A stretch of DNA of 64,000 bases, taken from NCBI GenBank assembly GCA_029855935.1, contig JAGSHN010000005.1, forward strand, positions 32,001 to 96,000, given 5' to 3'. This DNA comes from Candidatus Thorarchaeota archaeon (GTDB lineage: Archaea > Asgardarchaeota > Thorarchaeia > Thorarchaeales > Thorarchaeaceae). Both the position numbers and the translations under genes were made by a program. Under the pieces are notes generated by a model. The model saw only the letters and a list, made by a program, of their open reading frames with translations, searched no databases and was not told the origin of the DNA. This document shows positions 49,419 to 59,900 of this stretch, piece by piece (position 1 is the stretch's first letter; each line of letters starts with the position of its first letter).

Positions 49419-49700
49419 CCGTCGATCCCCACTATGATTTGTTGTATTTCAGCAGTCTGTACCTCACGCAGGGGTATTTTAGACTTGTGGCAATGTGTAC
49501 TTGACGGAGGCCACATTTTGCGCATTTTGACATATTCCAAATGTACTGCCTGATTCCGTCATCGAATACTCAACAATACGCGTACATCGCGATAAGGGAC
49601 GGTAGAGGTGAGGCGTTATTAAATGGTAGAAGATATAAACAGGACGTGAGAACAATTCAAGCAAGCCAGTCCACGCGATGTGGCCCGGAGGACCGTCACA

Positions 49701-50069
49701 ATGGTTGACAAAGCGAAGGTCGAGAGCATTGTAGCAGACGTGATGGCGGCCAACGCGGACATCCAAGGAATAGTTGTGTGCAACGCGAAGGGCGAGGTGA
49801 TCTTTGGTCACACCATCACTGAGGACATCAAGCATGCCGATGTAGCCAAATTGGCCGTCAAGATAGCAGGGGACTCTGCGGAGCTTGTCGCGGGCCTCGA
49901 TCAGGGGGGATTGAAGGAGGTCACGATTGCCTCTGAGAAGGGGCTGGTTGTCATCCTAGGGGACGCGGAGATAATCCTTGCAGGTATCGCCGGAGAAACT
50001 GCACGTGAGGCGATGGGTCTCATACGGATTGCACTGCGAAGAGCACTCCTCAATATGGTTGCAAAGTAA
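49701..50069 (+). CDS. Roadblock/LC7-fold protein 4
   Basis: DIQGIVVCNAKGEVI...LDQGGLKEVTIASEKGLVVI...MGLIRIALRR. GGAGG SD before ATG 49701. Confidence 0.75.
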   Translation: MVDKAKVESIVADVMAANADIQGIVVCNAKGEVIFGHTITEDIKHADVAKLAVKIAGDSAELVAGLDQGGLKEVTIASEKGLVVILGDAEIILAGIAGETAREAMGLIRIALRRALLNMVAK

Positions 50070-50270
50070 CCTTTCAGCAGCGGCTGCTCTATGGAAACGG
50101 CGTTGTTGCTTGCAAGAGTGAGGCGCAGTCGTTTGGCGCCATATCAGATATGCTAATATTGTCTTGATAATACGATGGTATTACCAAGTGTATTTAGTGG
50201 CACGTATCTTCCAGATATATCGGTGCCACGAGAGAACAGGGTGCCTCAACCGACCGGACGGGATTGTGAC

Positions 50271-53200
50271 GTGGTCTACATCGATAAACTAGTGTGCAGA
50301 GGCTTCAAGTCTTTTGGCCGTGATACCGTCACAATCAAATTCCACCCGGGCTTCACGTGCATTGTGGGGCCGAATGGTTCCGGAAAATCCAATGTCGTTG
50401 ATGCCCTTCTATTTGTACTTGGACAGCTCAGTGCAAAGACTCTGCGGGCAAATGTCTTCTCGGACCTGCTATACTCACCACCAAAACCGGGAATGCCACC
50501 CAAGGCGAAGTCTGCTCTCGTTCAGGTCCACTTCAACAATAAGGATCGAAAACTACCAGTCGATGCAGACAAGGTTGTGATAGAGCGAGAGCTCGACGAG
50601 TCGGGAAAATCGGTGTGCCGCGTGAATGGCAGGGTCGTCACTCGCTCTGCGGTCCTTGACCTTCTGAGCAGCATTGGAGTCGACCCGAACGGGTACAATC
50701 TCGTTCTCCAAGGTGAGATAGCTCAGATGGTCCAAGTCAGTCCGACAGACCGCCGGAAGCTCATAGAGGACATAGCCGGAATCTCAGCCTACGACGAACA
50801 GAAGGAACGCGCTCTCAAGAAGCTGCAGGAGAGCGAGGCCAACCTCTCAAGAGTAGAAACGCAGCTTCAGGAACGCCGTCACCATCTGGAGAAGCTCGAG
50901 AATGAGCGTGAAGACGCCCTGAGATACGAGAGCATAAAGGCGCAGATTCGAGAGATTCGTATTGACCATCTCGCTTGGACAATAGTGAGGGCACAAAAGA
51001 GGATAGCCACGATCGACACCACACTGGCCGAACGCGCCCAAGAGGCCGAGGATCTCGAGAGACAGCTGAGAGAAACCGAGAGAGAGCGCGCCAAGATTGA
51101 GCAGGAGATTGGGGAGATAGAGGAGGAGATTGACAGAGTCACTGGTGGAGAGTCCGCCAGAATCTCAGAGAAGTTTGGAGTTCTCTCCTCGGCCGTCGAA
51201 CATGCCCGACACAGCCTTGAAAGAATGGCTGAAGACATAGAGGCCAAGAGAAAGGAGAAAGAGGCCCTTGAGAGCGAACTTGAGGAGCTTCGCCGTCGGA
51301 GAGAGGCCAGTGCGACCCGAGTCAAGGAGAAACAAGAACAGCTTGAGCAATTGGAGAGGGAGATTGCTGAACGGGAGGCGCACCTCTCAAATCTGCAGAG
51401 GGCACTCCAAGAAGAGCAGGACCTCTACTACGAGACTCAGCAAAAACTTCAGGCGCTCAACGACAAGATAGTGTCACTTGACGAGCGCATTGCAGAGGTA
51501 AGGTCGAGCATCAAGACAGGAGAGCGTGAATCTCGGGCGTTGGAGGAGGATCGAGAACAGGCAGAAACTGCCCTAGAGAAGACCGCTGAGAAGCTGAGTG
51601 AGCTTGAGCACTCTATTCCCGAGATTCGAGAAGAGCTAACAAGACTTGAGGAGATGGAACAGGCCAAGCGAAACGAGCTGGAAGGTGTTGATAGACAGCT
51701 CAAGACGCTTGATGCCGAGATAGCCGAGACCCAGAAGATACTCACTGCAACCAGAGAAGAACTAATCAAAATCAAAGCACGTAGAGACGCACTGAAAGAG
51801 GCGGAGGAAGCATTTCTCAAGCGCAGGAGAGCCATCGCAAGAGTCCTCCAACTGCGTGATGAGGGTGTAGTGAAGGGCATATTTGGGACCGTCGCAGAAC
51901 TTGGAACGATTGACCCTGAACTGTCGACTGCACTGGAGATAGCGGGAGGCAGCAGACTTGGATACATTGTTGTTGAGAACGAGGATGTTGCTACGGAGTG
52001 CATCGAGATTCTAAAGAGAGAACGTGCGGGTAGAGCATCATTCATCCCTCTGAACAGGATAAAGAGCAGAAAGCCCTCGTATGTGCCAGATGACGAGAGA
52101 GTCATAGGCTATGCAATGGACCTTGTCAAGTTCAACCCACAGGTTCAGCCTGCATTCGAGTTCGTGTTTTCAGACACCATTGTCACTGAGGACTTTAGCA
52201 CCGCAAAGAGGCTCGGCTTCAAGGGATGGAGAGCAGTGTCTCTTGATGGTGATCTCGTGGAGAGGTCCGGATTGATAACTGGGGGATATCATCAGCGGAC
52301 ACCCACCGGACTCTCGTTGAAGATAGAGGACAGAAGTCCCGAGATTGAGCGTCGCCTCCAAGGACTTGAGTCGATACTTGACGAGCTTGCCGACAAGCGG
52401 AATTCGCTGGCGCGCACTCGGAGGGAACTGGAGAGGGAGATACAAGACCTCACGAAGACGAGCTACCGTATGAGAATCAAGGCCCAGCTATTTCAGGAGC
52501 AGCACACCGAACTCGTGAGCAGGCAGGAGTCCCTGAAACAGAGAATAGAGGCGATGGGAGAGAAACTGGAGAAGATACGCAGGCAGCTCGCGGAGCTCCA
52601 CGAGGAGGAAAAGAGTCTCTCCCTGAGGCGCGAGAGCCTTCTGGCAGAACGGGAGAGGTACAGTGAGCGCATTGCCCAGTCCCGTGCTATGCAGGTCGCC
52701 CGGGAGATGAGAGAGCTCCAGAAAATAGTTGAGGACCTCAAACATGCACGTGAGAGTCTGCATAGTGAGGTCACAGAGCTGACCGTGGCGCTGAGCCAGA
52801 GATACGAGCCGAGGATAGCCGAGATTGAGAACAGAATAGACGCAGTCTGTCGTGAGGTAGAGGCCCTGAAAGCAAGAGAGGCCAGTCTGCGGCAGGAGCT
52901 CGATTCCAAGGAGAGAGAACTCGAAGAAACAGGGCGGGCACGCGAGAGAATTGAGGACAGGGTCAAGGACAGACGTACACAACAGCTTGAGCTCAAGGAG
53001 CGAGCCCGAAACCTACGGTTCCGACACGAGCAAATCAGAGATGCACAGACAGCAAATGAGAAGGCGGTCTACAGACTGCAGACAGAACGGTCCAGACTTG
53101 AAACTGAGATTGAGGGATGGAGGGCCGAACTCGACACGCTCTCAGACTGTGAAGCGGAGATTCAGAAGAGGAGCTCGGAACGCGAGCCAACGTATAAGGA

Positions 53201-53861
53201 GCTCGACCAGCTGACCGACAAGATCAGGGAGCTGGAGAGAGAGCTGGAGGAGATGGGACCAGTCAACCTGAAGTCGCTCACGGACTATGATGCTGAGAGG
53301 GAGCGATACGAGGAGATAGTGGACAAGAAGGCTCAGCTCGAGGAGGAACACAAGGAGATACTGCGATTCATGGAGGAGCTTGAGAGAGAGAAGACACGAA
53401 AGTTCCTTCAGGTGTACAATGAGATTGCTGACAACTTCTCAAGAGTGTTTGCGAAACTCTCTCCGGGCGGAGAGGCCAGCCTGATGCTGGAGAATCCAGA
53501 GCATCCGCTGATGGGTGGCGTCACAGTACGGTCGAAACCGCGGGGAAAGGAGGTCGTTTCTCTCACTGCAATGAGCGGAGGTGAGAAGACGCTCACGGGA
53601 CTCGCGCTCATATTCGCGATTCAGATGTACAGTCCCGCCAGCTTCTACGTGTTCGATGAGATAGATGCGGCACTCGATGACGTGAATGCGCACAACGTTG
53701 CACTTCTGATTCAGGAGATGTCCAAGTCGTCCCAGTTCATAGTGGTTTCCCTGAGGGATGTCACCGCTCAGAAGGCCGATGTGTTGGTAGGTGTTTCGAA
53801 CCAAGACGGAATCTCAAGAATCGTCGCGGTGGACCTAGAGGAGGTGGGGGCGACAGCTTGA
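50271..53861 (+). CDS. smc: Chromosome segregation protein SMC
   Basis: GFKSF, GPNGSGKSN, Q-loop VLQG, hinge GIFGTVAELG...GRASFIPL, MSGGEK, FDEIDAALD. Confidence 0.97.
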   Translation: MVYIDKLVCRGFKSFGRDTVTIKFHPGFTCIVGPNGSGKSNVVDALLFVLGQLSAKTLRANVFSDLLYSPPKPGMPPKAKSALVQVHFNNKDRKLPVDADKVVIERELDESGKSVCRVNGRVVTRSAVLDLLSSIGVDPNGYNLVLQGEIAQMVQVSPTDRRKLIEDIAGISAYDEQKERALKKLQESEANLSRVETQLQERRHHLEKLENEREDALRYESIKAQIREIRIDHLAWTIVRAQKRIATIDTTLAERAQEAEDLERQLRETERERAKIEQEIGEIEEEIDRVTGGESARISEKFGVLSSAVEHARHSLERMAEDIEAKRKEKEALESELEELRRRREASATRVKEKQEQLEQLEREIAEREAHLSNLQRALQEEQDLYYETQQKLQALNDKIVSLDERIAEVRSSIKTGERESRALEEDREQAETALEKTAEKLSELEHSIPEIREELTRLEEMEQAKRNELEGVDRQLKTLDAEIAETQKILTATREELIKIKARRDALKEAEEAFLKRRRAIARVLQLRDEGVVKGIFGTVAELGTIDPELSTALEIAGGSRLGYIVVENEDVATECIEILKRERAGRASFIPLNRIKSRKPSYVPDDERVIGYAMDLVKFNPQVQPAFEFVFSDTIVTEDFSTAKRLGFKGWRAVSLDGDLVERSGLITGGYHQRTPTGLSLKIEDRSPEIERRLQGLESILDELADKRNSLARTRRELEREIQDLTKTSYRMRIKAQLFQEQHTELVSRQESLKQRIEAMGEKLEKIRRQLAELHEEEKSLSLRRESLLAERERYSERIAQSRAMQVAREMRELQKIVEDLKHARESLHSEVTELTVALSQRYEPRIAEIENRIDAVCREVEALKAREASLRQELDSKERELEETGRARERIEDRVKDRRTQQLELKERARNLRFRHEQIRDAQTANEKAVYRLQTERSRLETEIEGWRAELDTLSDCEAEIQKRSSEREPTYKELDQLTDKIRELERELEEMGPVNLKSLTDYDAERERYEEIVDKKAQLEEEHKEILRFMEELEREKTRKFLQVYNEIADNFSRVFAKLSPGGEASLMLENPEHPLMGGVTVRSKPRGKEVVSLTAMSGGEKTLTGLALIFAIQMYSPASFYVFDEIDAALDDVNAHNVALLIQEMSKSSQFIVVSLRDVTAQKADVLVGVSNQDGISRIVAVDLEEVGATA

Positions 53862-54574
53862 GCGATGGTCAGAGTGACGTGCCGTTCTGGGTCCAACCAC
53901 CCTACATCCTCCTCACCGATGTTCTTCAACTCGACAAGGTGCAGCCATGGAACGTCAACGTGGGGCGTCTTGTTTCCGAGTTCCTGCGCGAGATGCGGCA
54001 AATGGGGGATATAGACTTCCGTGTGTCAGGTAATGCTCTGTATTCTGCCTCAGTGATATTCATGAGGAAGACGAGAGAACTCGTCCAGATGGGAGTGCTC
54101 CCCCAAGAGGAGGAAGAAGACGAAGAGGAGCTCGAGATTCCACTCATTCGCCCACCATTCAGACTAACGAACAGAAGAGTCACGCTTCAAGAATTGATCA
54201 TTGCAATGGACCGGGTGTTGAGCCGTGGCCCGCGTCGTCGAGCCCCACCCAAAAAGAGGAGGACCAGATCGCCTCTCGGGCCACTGTCCTTTGCCGTGGA
54301 CTCTCAGCGGGCTGATGCGGAGGAAACTGTTCTGCAGGTCTATTCTGACCTCAGGGAGATGGTCGGTATTGGCAAGACGGTGCGGTTCTTCGATGTGATT
54401 ATGAGCAGTACAAGACGTGAGATTGTACGCGTCTTCTTCGCTCTGCTTCATCTCTATTCCAGGTCCTTTGTTGATATCTGGATGGACGAGGAGGATGTCA
54501 TCTGGATAAGATTGCTCGACCCTCCATCGGATGAGCAGGGTAAAGACGAACTCGCAGCCGTGGCGAGAGAGTAG
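53858..54574 (+). CDS. scpA: Kleisin ScpA
   Basis: KVQPWNVNV, IDFRVSGNAL, RRVTLQELI, FFALLHL. TTGA overlap with smc. Confidence 0.88.
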   Translation: MSDGQSDVPFWVQPPYILLTDVLQLDKVQPWNVNVGRLVSEFLREMRQMGDIDFRVSGNALYSASVIFMRKTRELVQMGVLPQEEEEDEEELEIPLIRPPFRLTNRRVTLQELIIAMDRVLSRGPRRRAPPKKRRTRSPLGPLSFAVDSQRADAEETVLQVYSDLREMVGIGKTVRFFDVIMSSTRREIVRVFFALLHLYSRSFVDIWMDEEDVIWIRLLDPPSDEQGKDELAAVARE

Positions 54575-54582
54575 GTGGTCAT

Positions 54583-55134
54583 ATGGATGACGACATAGTC
54601 ACTCTTGAGGCGGCACTCTATGTTGCCGGACGGCCGCTCACAATCACAGAGCTGGCAGCAATAATTGGCAAGGCCGAGTCCACAGCCGAGAAGCTACTCG
54701 AAGAGCTTGAGTATGAGTATCAGAAACGCAATGGAGCGCTAGAGATAGTCAGGCTCCCGCGGGACCGCTATGTGATGCAGCTCAAGCCCGAACTGACCCC
54801 GCGTGTTGGAAAGTTGATACCCGGCGGGCTTCTGTCTTTCGCCACACTTCAGACCCTAGTCTACATTGCGCTGAAACAGCCAATCCTCCAATCGGAGCTG
54901 GCAATGCAGCGAGGTACACAAGTATACGACCATATCAGGGAACTCGTAGAGAAGAAGTTCGTAGAGGCCACCCCACAGGGCCGTTCGAAGATTCTCAGGA
55001 CAACCACACTCTTCGCGGACTACTTTGGTCTCGACCACGATGTGGTCAGGATGAAGGCTCAGTTGAGGTACAAGATGAAGCAGATCCTGCAGCAGCAGTC
55101 TGCCGAAGGGATGACAGGGGGGAGGAGTACCTAG
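54583..55134 (+). CDS. scpB: Kite subunit ScpB
   Basis: LEAALYVAGRPL, TLVYIALKQPI, RG..VYDHI.EL, TT..FADYFGL. Confidence 0.92.
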   Translation: MDDDIVTLEAALYVAGRPLTITELAAIIGKAESTAEKLLEELEYEYQKRNGALEIVRLPRDRYVMQLKPELTPRVGKLIPGGLLSFATLQTLVYIALKQPILQSELAMQRGTQVYDHIRELVEKKFVEATPQGRSKILRTTTLFADYFGLDHDVVRMKAQLRYKMKQILQQQSAEGMTGGRST

Positions 55135-56141
55135 CAGACTCGAGGCACGGGCTCACCATACGGCACCTGAACCACCTTGCGCCCCCCAATGCTGGTACGC
55201 ATGACAACACGGCCCGGCCCCTCTCGTACTGTCCCAATTGCCTTGGCATCAGATGTGGTCTTGTGAGTTCTTAGAGCCTTCAGGACCTCGTCGGTCCTAT
55301 CAGAGTCCACTATGATGATGGCCGTTCCCTCGCAGCTCATATGTAGCGGATCGAGACCAAGAATCTCGCATAGAGAACGTACAGCGGGGCGTACAGGAAT
55401 CTGCTCTTGATCTATCTCAATTTCTACGTGCGACTTTGATGCTATCTCATTGAGCGCCACCGCAGAACCACCACGTGTTGGATCCTTCATCGAATGAATG
55501 CCACCTACGTCCAGAGCATCGCGAATCGGTGACCATAGCGGTGCGACATCGCTCTTTAGGGAGGTGTCGAAGGCAAGACCCTCACGATGCGCCAGTAGGG
55601 TGGTCCCATGGTCGCCAATCGGGCCGGTGACAATGACATCGTCACCAACCTGTGCACCACTATCCGAGACTGGTGTGTCTAAGTACGTCCGACCGATGCC
55701 CGTGGTGGAGATCACCAGCCCATCCAACGTTCCACGTGGCATCACTTTTGTGTCGCCAGCAATCATAGCGACGTTCAAGGGGGCAATCACCTCATTGATG
55801 GATGACAGTATCCTCTGGAGGTTGTCGATGCCGAACCCCTCTTCCACGACTACCGTGTTGGTCATTGCGATTGGCTGTGCGCCCATCACAGCAAGGTCGT
55901 TTATCGTCCCGCAGGCAGACAACTTGCCTATGTCCCCACCGGGAAAGAACAGGGGCTGCACCGTGTGAGCATCCGTACAGACCACAAATTGCCCCGTTGT
56001 GTCAAGAGTCGCTCCGTCATCCATCTCATCAAGACCAATCGCACCCAGCCGTCGATGTGAGAACGACGGAACTATCACCTCTTCAATGAGTTTCTGCATC
56101 ACTCTTCCGCCAGCGCCGTGAGCGGACTCTATGCGGGCCAT
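55131..56141 (-). CDS. hypE: Hydrogenase maturation protein HypE
   Basis: HGAGG, FFPGGDIGKL..CGTINDLA, GDTKV, DPTRGG, C-terminal PRVC. Confidence 0.95.
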   Translation of the reverse strand: MARIESAHGAGGRVMQKLIEEVIVPSFSHRRLGAIGLDEMDDGATLDTTGQFVVCTDAHTVQPLFFPGGDIGKLSACGTINDLAVMGAQPIAMTNTVVVEEGFGIDNLQRILSSINEVIAPLNVAMIAGDTKVMPRGTLDGLVISTTGIGRTYLDTPVSDSGAQVGDDVIVTGPIGDHGTTLLAHREGLAFDTSLKSDVAPLWSPIRDALDVGGIHSMKDPTRGGSAVALNEIASKSHVEIEIDQEQIPVRPAVRSLCEILGLDPLHMSCEGTAIIIVDSDRTDEVLKALRTHKTTSDAKAIGTVREGPGRVVMRTSIGGRKVVQVPYGEPVPRVC

Positions 56142-56288
56142 GGACGTGTCTCCATACTGTCTTATGGCGAACTCCACCCGTAGGACTATTTGAACAAGTC
56201 GTTGTGTTCACACAGAAGACGGCCACTGAGCAAGATTTAAAACACGTCTACAAAGAGCGACAGTGACCTATTCGAGAGGTAGTCCAAG

Positions 56289-56666
56289 ATGGGTGTCTGG
56301 CATAGAAGGTCGAAGCGGATTGCTACTGGAGCACGCCTCAGGGAGTTTAGAAGTAAGAGAAAGCACGAGATGGGGCGTACGCCCACTGAGACCCTGATGG
56401 GCGAACCAAAGATACTCGTTATTGACAGCAAGGGTGCAAGGAAGAAGACCCCTGCGCTCCGGGTAAAGTACGCCAATGTCACTGATCCAAAGAAGAATCA
56501 GACCTTCAAGGCAGAGATACTGGATGTTGAGAAGAACGAGGCCAACATGGACTACCAACGACGAAAGGTCATCACCCGAGGGACCATAATCAAGACCTCT
56601 AAGGGACGCGCGCGGGTCACCAGTCGGCCCGGACAGGACGGCATCGTCAACGCAATTCTGATTTGA
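56289..56666 (+). CDS. rps8e: 30S ribosomal protein eS8
   Basis: RSKRIATGAR...KRKHEMGR, VITRGTII, ARVTSRPGQDGIVNAIL. Confidence 0.96.
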   Translation: MGVWHRRSKRIATGARLREFRSKRKHEMGRTPTETLMGEPKILVIDSKGARKKTPALRVKYANVTDPKKNQTFKAEILDVEKNEANMDYQRRKVITRGTIIKTSKGRARVTSRPGQDGIVNAILI

Positions 56667-56928
56667 GTTCCATTTTCACTAATGGCTATTCTTGTCAACA
56701 TTGACTACTCAGGCTTATTGGCCGAAAGTATCTACCAACATCCACCGGGACCGAATACGGGGTCTTTCGTCGATACGGCGTGCCCCCATCATAGGAGCGG
56801 ATGGATCGCTCGTTGCCACTGTTCTCCACGGTTAGAGAGCCGAACGTGCTGTTTTGTGTTACTCGTAGTAGGGTGGTATGGAGGCCACGAATTTGAATCT
56901 TGTCGTAGGCGCGTGTCATCAAAATGCA

Positions 56929-59900
56929 CTACCTAACACTAATGTAACCTAGATTTTCCCCTACTCGTACACCAGATATGTGCGGTATTTCGGGCCTTGC
57001 TAACGCGAAACACCTCATGCGTTGATGATCCGGCCATATCCACGATTCTTCACGACGAAGATAGAGCAGGATTTCGGCTAACTTGTTCTTTGAGAACCTG
57101 CGTAGTGATGCCAAATCAAGGGGATGATCCTCAAAGAAGAACTCAAAGATCTTCCCCCAATCACGGGTTGTCACAGGATAGACGTGACTATGATCTTCAA
57201 TCAAGAGGGCAATCGGTGTGCCGGTTTCGTCTTCAAGCAGACGTACCGGCAGTGTTCTATTGCTCGCAGTGTGTGCGGCCTCCAGTTTCTTTAGTAAAGG
57301 ATTTCCTATGCTCACGAAGTCATCATCAACGGGATCGACACTTACCCGCTCGCCCTCGATCTCGACTGTTGATTTGCTCTCAGACCTAACAGCCAGCCCA
57401 GACTGCACCGCAGCCCGCTCAATGACACGAATGAGATGAGCATACGGCGACTTGTCAATAATAGTTTGAACATCTTTCGAGTCGGCATGGAGGATCTGGT
57501 TCTTCCTGTATTCTGCCCTTGCACGTTCTATCTCTTCCAATGTGAGATTCACTATGGGAACCCTGCCATCTGCAAGCGATGAAATGACTCGCTTCTGCTG
57601 ATCAGTGAGTATTTCGGGAACTTGGCCCACGACAGCCCTGAAATCGGTTCTCCTATCTTCTAGGACTCTGTACATCCTCTCTTCAATCGAATTCGGATAG
57701 TATAGGTTTATCAAATAGACATCTTTGGCCCTCTGTCCGAGCCTGTCAACTCGTCCAAACCGCTGGAACAGCATAGCGGGGTTCCAAGGCACATCAACGT
57801 TTACCACTTCATTTGCATAGTGAAGATTCAATCCCTCGCTTGCTGCATCGGAACAGACAAGGACCCTTATCGACCCCCTCTTCAGCAAGCTAACGATGTC
57901 CTTTGGGGAACATTCGTGCAGTATTGGCCTTGTCCCATCCCATGCATAGGTCCCGACACACTCGCCATCGTATCGGCCCACCCCAAAAGTGTCCACGAGC
58001 ACTCCAAGCATCTCGATGATGGCGTCGGTCGTCGAAGTGTACCTGCTAAACACAAGAACTTTTCTGCCTCGTGAAACGTGGTCTGACAAGATCTGCCTCA
58101 ACCCTGTCATTTTCGGGTCCACCAATTGGCCACCGCTCTGAAACGCACGTTCGATTAAGTCCAAGATTCGTTGAACTGCGTAAAACTCCGTTTTGGCCCT
58201 TTGGACTGAAACGTTGCTTAGTTCACCATTGGAGGCGTCCATATCGTACTCAAGGTCGCTGTCCAGTTCGTTTTCACGTTGATCGTTTCCAGTCAACGGA
58301 GAGAAACAACCACGATCTACGATTGACTGAAGATACTCTTTTCTGCGCCGCAGTGTGTCAACTGCGGCTCTGATTGAAGAAACAATCCTTTGCCTATACA
58401 AGCTTCGCACAAGCCCAGTCCTGTTTCCATAGTACGACTCTGCATAAGCGAGATGTCTGCTGACGAAGTCCTCAAGTTCTTGGAGGAACTCTTCCTGCTC
58501 CTTGGTGACATTGATTCGTGGACTATACAAGTGGGGAGTTGGAAAGCGGTATCCAATGCTAGATAGGGTTATTCTTTCGCTCCTTACTGCCAAGAACGTA
58601 GCGGGATGTGTGGCAATCACAACTTCTTCTGGCAACGGCCGTACTTGCCGTGCAATCGTTTCATAGAACTTGGTATCTTTGTCGCATTTCTCAGTGGAGA
58701 AGCACTCAAGAGGCCCCACCAGACCGTGTCTTTCGCCCAGTTCATATTCTTGGGCAAATTGATGAATATATCTGAGGTGAGTTACTACAGTGCTCAATAC
58801 ACCGTGTGGGATTTCGCCTCGAAACCACCTTGAATAGTAGTCCAGTGCCTCTTTGAAGCCCTCAGGGACACCAAGGATATCTAACAGGGAGTAGTAGTCC
58901 ATGATGTTCGTCTGGTAGGGCGTAGCTGTGAGGAGAAGGATATGCGGGATATGCCTCTGCATATCTTTCAGTAGTTTGTATAGCCGTGTTGACCGCCCGT
59001 CTGAAGTGTCATCATGAATCCTGGCGTGATGCGCCTCATCAACGACGAGAAGGTCTGGCATATCTTCCAGATCAAGTTGGGGATTGCTTCGTGAATCACC
59101 TCTTAGCCAGTGCCAAGACATGATCAGCAGATTAATTCCGTTATCGCAACGGAAGGGCTTTCTCCCTACTTGTATTGAGTCCAGATCGGTTTGACAAGTC
59201 TGGGTTCTCGAGTCATATACCCAGAAGTTCAGGCCAAATAATTTCTTCAGTTCCTGCTGCCATTGTTTCATAAGAGAAGCTGGTGTGAGTATGAGAACGC
59301 GACGGACACCGCCGAAACGCAGCAGATAATGGATGATAGACCCAGCCTCAATCGTCTTGCCTAGTCCAACTTCATCCGCAAGAAGAATCCTGATTGGCCA
59401 TCTGCTTAGAGCTTGGACATACGCGTGGATTTGGTGCGGTAGCAAGCCCACATAAGGAAACGCAAGCGCACAATAAAGAGGTGAGCGCGAAACCGCGTCC
59501 GCGAAAGAGGCCCAAGAGATCCAATCTTGTCCCTCATTACTGTCAGTGCGTGCTTCGATGGGGGCGTGCTCAACCATTTGTGTTGCGGTGGAGCCGACTC
59601 TGTTTTTGCGAGATGTCAAAGCATGGTTGTATTCATCAACTACAGCACAGAACTCGTCCGTAAAAGGCATGGTTTCAACATCAGAACTTACGCAGTTCCA
59701 CATCTCCTCGAAGCGCTTCAAGAAGTATTCGCTTACTTCTCGCTCATGCGGAATCCAAGAGCGGTGCAGAACAGCATCTTCAATATTCTTTGTAAGACCC
59801 CTTACCGACTCGTTCACAGACCCAGTTATGACAGAATATCTCAGCCCTTGTCGGCGCCTTAGAGAGAGAGACTGGTAGTACCGTCTACCAGCCCAGCTGA

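Noticed and set aside
50800-53400. Repetitive GAG/GAA-rich sequence
   Set aside because: Explained by SMC coiled-coil codon usage; not a DNA repeat or CRISPR array.
56695-56922. 75-aa ORF just downstream of the helicase as a fourth island gene
   Set aside because: The position is suggestive, but there is no SD or recognisable motif, so I cannot support it.
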